DNA of 63,459 bases, filler included, from Octopus bimaculoides (GCF_001194135.2; 10 parts of 10 records of this genome joined end to end with filler, not necessarily neighbours in it), one strand, 5' to 3'. Numbered from the whole stretch's first letter, positions 26,354-37,100 are shown. Notes: generated by a model from the sequence alone, not told the origin. Numbers and translations are program-made.

Positions 26354-26815
26354 GTTTCAAAAAGGAAATTAGATAAACTTTTATTTCTATTGATAAATAT
26401 ATGATAATGAGTCATGCAAATATTTTGTAGTCCTGTCAGGTTGTTGCGGGGGACAACATTGCAACAGGTTATTCCCCACTCTGGAGATTTGTTGTTACAG
26501 AAGAAAATTCTGATGCTATCTCACCTTTTACCATCCCTCGGTCTTACCGCTCCAGTTGTAATCGAAGCCACACTCGACGATATCATTAAGAACTGCATGC
26601 TTAAGAGAAAAAGAGACAGACTAGCGCTGAGGCGTTATGACAACGGGTAGACTCATGAAACGTCTACTATAAACTCACAACATCACTTGTATCGCTTTGG
26701 AGGTCCGAAGTCCTACACTTAACGAAACGCCGATTTGCAAACAATCCATTTGGGTACCAATTGACCTCAAAGGTATAGTGTCCAGTATTTGCACTTGTGT
26801 GGACGGGAAGTGGAG
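26354..26815 (-). CDS. Tentative three-exon coding segment of an unidentified gene (exons 26815-26679, 26599-26548, 26480-26354)
   Basis: Phase-compatible GT-AG introns of 79 nt (GTGAGT...tttttctcttAAG) and 67 nt (GTAAGA...ctcCAG) give PLPVHTSANTGHYTFEVNWYPNGLFANRRFVKCRTSDLQSDTSDV-HAVLNDIVECGFDYNWS-EWGITCCNVVPRNNLTGLQNICMTHYH... No family recognised; may be chance. Confidence 0.3.
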
Positions 26816-28460
26816 CTGAAACACGCCTGTATGTTGGCTTACAGAATCAATAAAATTGTCCAAGACTTCAACGCACCGAGTGGCGTTCCATTTATAGTGA
26901 ACTAACGGAATGTGAGGAGGACTAAGGTCTTATCGCTTCCATATCACGTAGGCACATTCGTATGCCCTGGTCGCAGTAGGGTCTGCGGGTTTCTGATATT
27001 TATTCTACTATTGTCTTATTGCCGAACTGCTAAGTTACGANNNNNNNNNNATATATATATATATATAAATTTCCAGGATTCGTTATAGTAGAAGCACTTG
27101 CTCATGGTGCCGTGCAGCAGGACTGAATTCAAAATCACGTGGTTGCAAAACGAGTTTCTTACCTGCACACCCATGTCGACACTTTATGGAAAATCAAACA
27201 AACAAACAAGAACTTCGATTAAAAAAAAAATTTTAAACTGTCCATTAACTTCAAATTATTTACGAAATTCGAGGTGGAGGTTGATTAGATGTTTTTCAAT
27301 CAATGTTAATTTGATCGAAAAATTTCTACTGTTTTCTGTCGCACACCAAAGCTATTAATAAAGAGTTCTTTTGGGTTTTTAACTTCTATCCAAAATAGAA
27401 TGTATGATACATGTTATGAAGGAAGACTCGGCAATAATACTGGCACTGTTTTTTCTCTTTTGTTGTATCTCGGGAGGGTCATCATGGCATTACTTCACTT
27501 CATTATTTTTTATTAGTCAATTGATTAATAGTGTTCAGTCAGTCAGTAAATCAATCAATCAACCAACCAACTGCTCACTCAATCAATCAATCAATCAGAT
27601 AGGGTTGTCAAAGTCTTTTCATCACCGTTCGCTCTCTCCATTCTAGATCTACTTCAGATCTATCTTCTTTACTTTGAATTATTGTAACAGTTGCGCCGTT
27701 TAATTTAACATATTTTTGTAGTTTCTATCGACATTTTAAAAAATCCAAATTAGTTCATTTAATATTTTCATTTTAATTTTTAGAGAAATCGACTTTCCTT
27801 CTCATATTTTTTTTTTGTTGATATTTAAAACAAAACTAATCAATTTCGAAAATATTTAGAATATTAAAATAAGATAAAATAGAATAAAAACCCAACTAAA
27901 GTGCTACTTTAACATGTGAAATGAAAGTACAATAAGTACAATGAAAGAAAAATTAAAAAAGAAAAAGGCGAATCTTCTCATTTATCTTTCACTTGTTTCA
28001 GTCATTAGACTGCGGCCACGCTGGAGTACCAACGTGAACTTTAGTCAAGCGTATTGACTCCAGCACTCATTTTTTTCTTTTAAGCCTGGTACTTATCCTA
28101 ACGGTCTCTTTTGCCGAACCGCTAAATTACGGGGACGTAAATACACCAACACCCGTTATCAGGTGTTGGCGGGGGACAACTACTGGGATCGATTCATTCG
28201 ACTAAAAATTCTTCAAGATATTGCCCAAGCATGACCGCAGTCTAATTACAACGACTTCAAGATTTAACTGGTAGTTATTTTATCGACCCCCGAAGGGATG
28301 AAAGGCAAAGTCAGCCTCGGTAGAATTTGAACTCAGAACGTAAACGCGAGCGAAATGCTTTTAAGTATCTTGCCTGCGTGCTGACGATTCTGCCAGCTCG
28401 TCACCTTAATTAGAATAATAATAATTTCAAATTTTGGCTCAGGGCTAGCATACAGGTGAT

Positions 28461-28840
28461 GGAGGCGCAATGGCCCAGTGGTTAGGACAGCGGACTCGCG
28501 GTCATAGGATCGCGGTTTCGATTCCCAGACCGGGCGTTGTGAGTGTTTATTGAGCGAAAACACCTAAAGCTCCACGAGTCTCCGGCAGGGGATGGTGGCG
28601 AACCCTGCTGTACTCTTTCACCACAACTTTATCTCACTCTTACTTCCTATTTCTGTTGTGCCTGTAATTCAAAGGGTCAGCCTTTTCACACTGTGTCACG
28701 CTGAATATCCCCGAGAACTACGTTAAGTGTACACGTGTCTGTGGAGTGCTCAGCCACTTGCACGTTAATTTCATGAGCAGGCTGTTCCGTTGATCGGATC
28801 AACTGGAACCCTCGTCGTCGTAAGCGACGGAGTGCCAACA
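28461..28840 (+). mobile_element. SINE family C, apparently full length
   Basis: A box TGGCCCAGTGG at 28471-28481, B box GGTTTCGATTCC at 28514-28525. The body ends ...ctcgtcgtcgtaagcgacggagtgccaaca, and its 3' ~190 nt recurs inverted at 30136-30320. Confidence 0.9.
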
Positions 28841-29013
28841 ATAGCATATAGGTGCTATGCCTTGCCAAAGGGCAACCTTTGGTTTTGTCCGGAACTGCTT
28901 ATTGAGTATTCGCAGCTAACCTATATATCTACATGCCATTCTCATATCTGCAAACTGGGGATACGATAGATGGGTGTGAAACAGAAGTATGTTTATCATT
29001 CGGCTGTCTCGGC

Positions 29014-29322
29014 CTTATATACCCAGATACTGGCTCATACGCGTGTTTTCTACAAGTGGTCACATGATGTGGTCATGCGATGTGGTCACATGATGGTCAA
29101 GTCCTTCTAGTTTTACGCAGGCTATCCAATTCCATCATGTGACAGACCAGCCTGGCGCGGGTAAATTATGTTTGTTCGCTGGAGCCCCTAATCAGCTTTA
29201 AATAGAGGAATCTTACCCGCTTTTCTTTAGTGAAGTGGGAAGATGCACTAGAGACTGGAAGCCGAGAGAGAGGAGAATTATTTTGCAGATAACCTTGACG
29301 CGCTGTTATGTTCTGATTGGTC
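29014..29322 (-). promoter_or_regulatory. Promoter-like cluster: TATATAAG, three or four M-box/E-box motifs, CCAAT box
   Basis: Minus-strand TATATAAG at 29021-29014; GTCACATGA at 29059 and 29085; variant GTCATGCGA at 29072; TCATGTGAC at 29135; GACCAATCAG at 29322-29313. Unique sequence. Confidence 0.4.
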
Positions 29323-30135
29323 AAACACACACTACCAAGTTTCAACTGCATGAGAGACCAATATATATATTTTCTTCTGACACTATCATTGTGACAGTTA
29401 ATTACAACTCGTTTTCTTGCATTTCTTTTCGCTGTTTATACACGACTCATTGGAACCAAGAAATTATAGTTATATTAGAGCCAGAGCCACGCTACTCAAT
29501 CCCCTAAAGGAGTTTTCATCACCACACCACGTAAACTATTTAAAAATTAAATATTCATTGTTGTAACGGAAATGTGCTCGGTGGCAATGTACTTTTGCAT
29601 GCTTTTAAGTTTCGAGGTTATTTGAATCTTCAATGAGAGACATTTAAATCTTACATTTTTTCCCCTGTCAAGGTTCTATCAATTGTTTATATATTCTAAT
29701 TATGCACATATATCTTATTCGGTTCTCATTAAAACAACAAACAAAACAAAAACAACACGTAATAATGAGAGATTTATTTGTTGTCCATCATGAAGGACTC
29801 AATATTCTGGGAGAACCGGTGGAAGTTAAAGGGTGGGAGTGATAAGAGTATACTTGGTTTTAAGAAGGACGAGATAAAAGTTAAGCCATGTCGAACTGGT
29901 TGAATGCAACAATATAAACTTAGTTAACGACTCTCGTACTGACATGCATTAGGAAGAGTGAGGCGGGGTTAAAGTTGCTAATTTGTGTTTTATAATTCAT
30001 TGGTGTCACATTGTGGTGGGTTAGAATGCTTAGCAGTGTCTGTTCCTACTCTTTACATTATGAGTTCAAATCCTAGCATGGCCAGCTTTACCTTTCTTTG
30101 TTCTGGGGTAGATGTATAAAGTACCAGCCTGGAAC

Positions 30136-30456
30136 TGGCACTCGGTCAGTCACGACGACGAGAATTCCAGTTGATCCGACCAACGGAACAGCCTGCTCGT
30201 GAAATCAACGTGCAAGTGGCTGAGCACTCCACAGACACGCGTACTCTTAGGGTACTTCTCGAGGAGATTCAGTGTGACACAGAATATGACAAGGTCGGCC
30301 CTTTGAATTACAGGTACATCTCATTTTCGCCAGTTGAGTGAACTGAAGCAAGGTGAAATAAAGTGTCTTGCTCAAAGACACAACAAGCCACCAGGAATCG
30401 AATTCATGACCTTACGACTGTGAGCTGATTACCCTAACCACTAAGCCACGCGCCTT
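30136..30456 (-). mobile_element. SINE family C-related copy with CORE-like segment
   Basis: Reverse complement of the 28655-28838 body, plus head ggaatcgaattc...ctaaccactaagccacgcgcc. Confidence 0.88.
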
Positions 30457-30769
30457 CACAAAGTACTAGTGTATGGTAAGGGATAATCAGCTCCTATATT
30501 TGACTATTTTTTTTTCCAGAAAGTCTAAGGGCGCACGTGACCACAGAAAGTCTAAGGGTATACTTGACCACAGCGCGATTTGGACTCAGAAGAAATATAC
30601 GGCAAAGCATTTTTGTATGTCATTCTACCATTTCTGCTAATTCACTCCTATCTCATCTTGTATCTGTAATAGTCTTTTACCTGTTATAGTCATTGAATTG
30701 CGGCCATGCTGGGGTACCACACTGAAGAGTTTAGTCGAACAAACTGACTCCATTATTTACATTCAACGG

Positions 30770-30950
30770 ATATTTGTCCTCATCTTGTTTGTTGTTAACA
30801 CAACGTTTCGGCTGATATACCCTCCAGCCTTCTTCAGGTGTCTTGGGGAAATTTCGAACCTGGATTCTCATTCCTAAGGTATTTTTCGATGTTATTATTA
30901 TTATTGTTGTTATTGTTCAGGTCACTGCTTGGAATCGAACTCGGAATCTG
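30770..30950 (-). mobile_element. Short element with B-box, (AAT)n spacer and hammerhead motif
   Basis: Minus strand GAGTTCGATTCC at 30942-30931, short (AAT)n, GGTTCGAAATTTCC, then the hammerhead at 30842-30797. Flanked by a SINE A fragment on the left and a Dong/(AAT)n block on the right. Confidence 0.6.
30797..30842 (-). ncRNA. Minimal type I hammerhead ribozyme (PLE type), near-intact
   Basis: GACAC-CUGAAGA-A-GGCUG-gaggguauau-CAGCC-GAAA-C-G-U-U-GUGUU: stem I 5 bp, full core, stem II 5 bp, stem III reduced to palindromic AACGUU, GUU cleavage triplet. Confidence 0.75.
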
Positions 30951-30959
30951 AACAATAGC

Positions 30960-31016
<57 letters not shown>

Positions 31017-31018
<2 letters not shown>

Positions 31019-31098
31019 GCAAAAGGGATGTAAACGTGGATCTTATGGTTGTAAAGATCAGCTACTCATCAATAAGATGATCTTAGAAGATTGTCACA
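31017..31098 (+). mobile_element. R4/Dong RT fragment starting directly after (AAT)n, cut by gap
   Basis: KQKGCKRGSYGCKDQLLINKMILEDCH matches the EQKGC...G..DQL.I RT motif. Confidence 0.8.
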
Positions 31099-31199
31099 NN
31101 NNNNNNNNNNNNNNNNNNNNNNNNNNNNNNNNNNNNNNNNNNTTAATTAATTAANNNNNNNNNNNNNNNNNNNNNNNNNNNNNNNNNNNNNNNNNNNNA

Positions 31200-31537
31200 T
31201 GTAAAAACAAATAGTAAATGAGTATATGCATATATACGTACAGGTATGTGCATACCGACATCCACCTGTATGTATAGGTGCATATCTGGGTACAGGACAT
31301 TGCAAACAAACGTAGACGAGAACACACGAGCCACATAGAGAACATCTCCTTCATCAGCCACCCACGTTTTAACACCGGCGTTTCGACGAGCTTGGGCAGG
31401 ACGCATCGCTAAAACGGCTCGTCCCATGGATCGCAGATTAAATTTGTATACGCAAATTAAATCTCGCCATGGAGGAATGTAGTGGCGGACAAAAAACAAG
31501 ACAGGAAAACAAACAGAAAAGGCTTTACGGCCAGACG
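31200..31537. repeat. Family X copy 2 (inverted relative to copy 1)
   Basis: Near-identical reverse complement of 1767-2098. Confidence 0.9.
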
Positions 31538-31539
31538 GT

Positions 31540-31763
31540 TACCATAGTAACGAAGCTAAGGCACGCAGACAGGTTTTATTTAACGAGATACCCCTCGTAA
31601 AATCACCCGAGGAAACGCTTCTGCACCGAGAATTCACCACAACTGGTTGTATAGTATCCCAGCGGCAGTGTATCAATTCAGGACGGGTCGAGAAGATCGT
31701 CGTGAGCAATAAAGTTTCAGCTATATTCTACTTTACGCCTCTATCATTTGTTATATACTCCAA
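31540..31763 (+). mobile_element. Possible solo LTR
   Basis: GC-balanced block with AATAAA near 31708 ending ...ctccaaca. No TG start or TSD identified. Confidence 0.25.
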
Positions 31764-32279
31764 CACTGAGGTATTTCTCAGGTAAATCCAACGGCAATTG
31801 CGTAAAAACCGTGAATGAAGTCAGCTAACCATAGGCAGTGAACTTGCTTCAACGGTCAGCCATTAGGAACATACCCAATACTTAAACAATCGTTTATATA
31901 CATGCGTTTCTGTGTGTGGGATCACAACAGCGATGGCTACATACAAAATCTACAAACCCAATCCAAATACGCAATATGCCCCTTCTTATTCGGTCAAAAT
32001 TCTTCTCTATGACGTAAACCATATTTGAAGATCTCAATGCGTTCTTCGGTGGGTTTGCATGACTTTGTTTGGCGTGTGTTAAATCGATGCCCCACTATCT
32101 TCCATCCGATTGATCAGATTCTACGGCAAGTTTCTCCACTATGCTCACCACTAAGCCTAAGACCAACTCATAACCACACCTTCCCCCACTTCCCATCCAT
32201 TCTTCTTTCAAAGGCAGGTAACATTAACTATTTCACCACACACACGCATACACAGAGAATCGCACACATACACATACAT

Positions 32280-32334
<55 letters not shown>

Positions 32335-33831
32335 NNNNNNNNNNNNNNNNNNNNNNNNNNNNNNNNNNNNNNNNNNNNNNNNNNNNNNNNNNNNNNNNNN
32401 NNNNNNNNNNNNNNNNNNNNNNNNNNNNNNNNNNNNNNNNNNNNNNNNNNNNNNNNNNNNNNNNNNNNNNNNNNNNNNNNNNNNNNNNNNNNNNNNNNNN
32501 NNNNNNNNNNNNNNNNNNNNNNNNNNNNNNNNNNNNNNNNNNNNNNNNNNNNNNNNNNNNNNNNNNNNNNNNNNNNNNNNNNNNNNNNNNNNNNNNNNNN
32601 NNNNNNNNNNNNNNNNNNNNNNNNNNNNNNNNNNNNNNNNNNNNNNNNNNNNNNNNNNNNNNNNNNNNNNNNNNNNNNNNNNNNNNNNNNNNNNNNNNNN
32701 NNNNNNNNNNNNNNNNNNNNNNNNNNNNNNNNNNNNNNNNNNNNNNNNNNNNNNNNNNNNNNNNNNNNNNNNNNNNNNNNNNNNNNNNNNNNNNNNNNNN
32801 NNNNNNNNNNNNNNNNNNNNNNNNNNNNNNNNNNNNNNNNNNNNNNNNNNNNNNNNNNNNNNNNNNNNNNNNNNNNNNNNNNNNNNNNNNNNNNNNNNNN
32901 NNNNNNNNNNNNNNNNNNNNNNNNNNNNNNNNNNNNNNNNNNNNNNNNNNNNNNNNNNNNNNNNNNNNNNNNNNNNNNNNNNNNNNNNNNNNNNNNNNNN
33001 NNNNNNNNNNNNNNNNNNNNNNNNNNNNNNNNNNNNNNNNNNNNNNNNNNNNNNNNNNNNNNNNNNNNNNNNNNNNNNNNNNNNNNNNNNNNNNNNNNNN
33101 NNNNNNNNNNNNNNNNNNNNNNNNNNNNNNNNNNNNNNNNNNNNNNNNNNNNNNNNNNNNNNNNNNNNNNNNNNNNNNNNNNNNNNNNNNNNNNNNNNNN
33201 NNNNNNNNNNNNNNNNNNNNNNNNNNNNNNNNNNNNNNNNNNNNNNNNNNNNNNNNNNNNNNNNNNNNNNNNNNNNNNNNNNNNNNNNNNNNNNNNNNCT
33301 TCTTCTTCTTCTTCTTCTTCTTCTTCTTCTTCTTCTTCTTCTTCTTCTTCTTCTTCTTCTTCTTCTTCTTCTTCTTGCGGTTATTCGTCTGCATTTCTTA
33401 CTTTCAGTTTTGTTTTTTTCGTTTTCTTTCTTATTTTTCATTTCATTTTATTATTATTATTTTTTTTTTGGCGATATTTATAATTGTGTGTGCGCATGCG
33501 TGCGTGTAAACATCCTCCTTTACTGAACGAATTAGGTTTTGTTTTTAGCGGATCAAAAACAAAAAAATGGAGAAAAACACCCATCATGCATCGTATATTT
33601 TTTTAATATCCTTATGTGCATGTGAGGTTGGTGGGGTAGGGGTGTAATGATGCTTATTGTGGATGTATGTATAGAGGTTTATTGGTGTACAGGTTCTAAT
33701 ATACGTTTGTTGCGTATATAAATTGTCTATGATTGTGTATATATATGCCCTTGAATCGTATGTGTGTACATTTGCGTTTATATGCTGGCATGTCTGTCTA
33801 TAAAGTTTATGCTTGTCTGTCCAGTTCCGTC

Positions 33832-33900
<69 letters not shown>

Positions 33901-34045
33901 CTATCTCTCTCTCTCTGTCTCTCTCTCTCTCTCTCACTCTGCATACATACATATATATGTGTATATATGTATATATATACTAATATACACACACATATAT
34001 ACATATATACCGCTCTATCTATGTGTATATATATATTATACATAC

Positions 34046-34076
<31 letters not shown>

Positions 34077-34357
34077 NNNNNNNNNNNNNNNNNNNNNNNN
34101 NNNNNNNNNNNNNNNNNNNNNNNNNNNNNNNNNNNNNNNNNNNNNNNNNNNNNNNNNNNNNNNNNNNNNNNNNNNNNNNNNNNNNNNNNNNNNNNNNNNN
34201 NNNNNNNNNNNNNNNNNNNNNNNNNNNNNNNNNNNNNNNNNNNNNNNNNNNNNNNNNNNNNNNNNNNNNNNNNNNNNNNNNNNNNNTATATATATATCGC
34301 TAACCACTACACATATTTTTTCTATCCTTGTTTCTCTCCTTGTTTCTTTCTGTGTTC

Positions 34358-34393
34358 CTTTCTGTGGAAGAGCGTAGGCTCGAAATGTTAAAG
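34358..34393 (+). ncRNA. Degenerate minimal hammerhead motif (PLE type)
   Basis: CTTT-CTGTGGA-A-GAGC-gtag-GCTC-GAAA-T-G-T-T-AAAG. Perfect stems I and II; the core has A6>U. Confidence 0.55.
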
Positions 34394-35463
34394 ACCCTTT
34401 CAATTCCCGAGCGTTATACTAATACGTCTATTTGTTTTCTACACCACCTGTCTTCGTCTTTTGTTTTTTTCTTGCGAATTCTCCCTAGGAGTGGCTGTGT
34501 GCTAAGTAGCTTGCTTACCAACCACATGGATCCGGGCTCAGTCTCACTGCGTGGCATCTTGGGCAAGTGTCTTCTACTATAGCCTCGGTCCGATCAAAGC
34601 CTTGTGAGTGATTTGGTAGACGGAAATTGTTTCATTAATAATAATTTACTTAATATATAATCATTGCAATTTTTTTCCTTTCAAGTTTTATTTCGTTAAT
34701 TCTGATGAGAAAATCAGGTATTTTGTTGATATAATTCGCTGTGTAAATGCCCTCAGTTTATTGCTAATACATACTGGAAAAAAATTATATTTGACAACGT
34801 ATTAAAACTTACTGAAGCTTCGAACTCATTTGACTTATTTCATTTCCGTCATCTAAGAATTATCATGTGAAATTGTTGCTATGGCTATTTGAGATGCTAT
34901 AGGTTTTAAAATATCTCTATGTGACGCTGCTATTTTTTTGCATATTAAACGTAGTTAGACTACCCTGATGTTTGTTTAAAAAAGAGAGATCATGACTGTG
35001 ATAAAATAAAGGAAAGCAATATTTACTAAACAACTGTGCGCTATTATACTGTACAAAGAAATAATTAGACATGAAATATCATTAAAAATTATTAGAATTG
35101 GGAATCAAATGTGGAAATATTATCAAAAGGCTATCAAGTGCTAGTATATGTAAATGCTTATGTATATTCATAAACACATACACACACACATATACACGCA
35201 TATATATATGCTTATATATGTATGGTAATATAGATATACAAACTTCTGTACTCACACAAATATACATACATAATGTATATATACACTCACACACTCACGC
35301 ACACGTCCACACACACACACATGGACAGAAACGCACGCACATATGTGTGTATGTATATGCTACTCGCTATTATAGAGTGCAAAATCAAATAATGAGTATT
35401 GAAAGGAAATTATTGTTAAATTATCTACTACATCACAACATTTCTATATCAAATTACGAAGTT

Positions 35464-35476
35464 GCGCCACCTGGTG
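35464..35476 (-). promoter_or_regulatory. CTCF-like core motif
   Basis: Minus strand CACCAGGTGGCGC matches the CCACCAG(G/A)(G/T)GGCGC consensus, in unique GC-balanced sequence. Confidence 0.35.
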
Positions 35477-35892
35477 TGTAACATTGAGGTGTTCTATAAC
35501 ACTCGGCGTTATGTGGGGAGCTTTCCCGGGCGCTGTTCCGCAGTCAGTTCTGTCCATAAACAAAGCATAGAAACTATGTATGTTCGACCGATAATGTCGA
35601 CATTATACTACAGCACATCAGCAAATAGACTTCACACGATTTGCATATAAGTCACAGACCAGCGATTCAATTCGTTTCAAGATGATCTGAGCACCTGGTA
35701 TTGGTAGGTCACAATAAGGGCAATGACTACCATTCTCGGTGATTCCGCGGCAAGTTGTCTCAACTGGACTATCACGTTCATGTGACATTTAACACACGGT
35801 GCCGTGTGCGAAGGTTCCCCGCTCTACCTCGCAGTAAATTTAGCATATAAACAAAACGCATAGACAATATACGTGTAAGCGATCTGATAATG

Positions 35893-35955
<63 letters not shown>

Positions 35956-36287
35956 ATATATATATATAATAATATTATTAGGGACAAAATCCAAAATTAC
36001 AGGTAAAAAACTCAATTAAAATCAATTTATAAAAAAATTAAAATTAAATTGAACCTTATAGATAAAGTATATATAAAATATATATAGTTTTAGGGAAAAT
36101 AACNNNNNNNNNNNNNNNNNNNNNNNNNNNNNNNNNNNNNNNNNNNNTTAATTAATTAANNNNNNNNNNNNNNNNNNNNNNNNNNNNNNNNNNNNNNNNN
36201 NNNACAAAAAACAATAACAAAAAAACAACAAAGTGAGGACGTGATACGGATAGTGTTATTGGACGCTCGGGAAAGGAAGGAGAGAGA

Positions 36288-36322
36288 GTATGACGTTTCG
36301 GGCGGAGCCCTTCGTCGGAAAG
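36288..36322 (-). ncRNA. Hammerhead-like PLE terminal motif
   Basis: Minus strand CCGACGA-A-GGGC-tcc-GCCC-GAAA-C-G-T-C. U4>C core variant, 4-bp stem II, GUC triplet, weak stem I. Confidence 0.5.
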
Positions 36323-36431
36323 ACAGAAAGTTCGGAGAATGGAAAAACGGAGGAAGAGGAAAATGGCACCGGTATGTATGTATGTATATATGTATGTATG
36401 TATATATGTATGTATGTATCTATGTATGTCT

Positions 36432-36635
36432 TGTGTGGACGCCCCCAGGCGGTAAGAAGGTTAGTCCAATACCTATAAATAGCTAGACGAAAAGCGTCGT
36501 GTAGAGCAGAAGAGCGGAAGAGCGAGCCGGAGCTGTCGATAGACTAGACGTCGAGTTCGGCAGAGTCGAGTCGTCGGAAGTAAGAGTTGAGTAGAGCTCA
36601 TCCGCACGTGCGATATAACAGTGGCAACGAGGGAT
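36432..36635 (+). mobile_element. LTR remnant with tRNA-Ser(GCT)-type PBS (Gypsy-like)
   Basis: TATAAATA near 36474; LTR-like end ...gatataACA at 36620; PBS TGGCAACGAGG at 36622, one mismatch from TGGCGACGAGG, the complement of the tRNA-Ser(GCT) 3' end. The LTR start is approximate. Confidence 0.5.
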
Positions 36636-37015
36636 CGCAGCTCACACAACCACTGTGTAGTATTTCGATATAACAGTATGTATGTATGTATGTATGTATG
36701 TATGTATGTATGTATGTATGTATGTATGTATAGAATGTGAGGTGTGATATACAGAAATTGAATATTGAGAAAAGAAATCGTCATAATTTTGGAAAAAATA
36801 CTTTTTATTTCTTTATTATTATTAGCGTTTTCGTTTGTTTCTCGAACTCGTCAAATAAAATTTTTTGAATGACCAAACAGCTTTTTCATTTATATAAAAC
36901 AGATGGGTTTTTTTTGGCGGGTTTGTTTAGAAGAGAACATTATTTTTGTTTTTTGGGGGTGAGGTTTCATGTCAATGGAGGTGGATAAATAGAAATATAG
37001 GTAGGTAGATAAGTT

Positions 37016-37100
<85 letters not shown>

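Noticed and set aside
27404-27646. Signal-peptide-like MKEDSAIILALFFLFCCISG ORF
   Set aside because: The hydrophobicity comes from a T-rich tract, the donor is weak, the ORF continues into (TCAA)n, and no downstream exon was found.
28461-28535. Possible tRNA gene
   Set aside because: A and B boxes are present, but there is no proper acceptor stem and it runs into a multi-copy SINE body.
32025-33509. Long ORFs of 300-490 aa (also at 54.9-56.1 kb and 60.7-61.9 kb)
   Set aside because: They consist almost entirely of N gaps.
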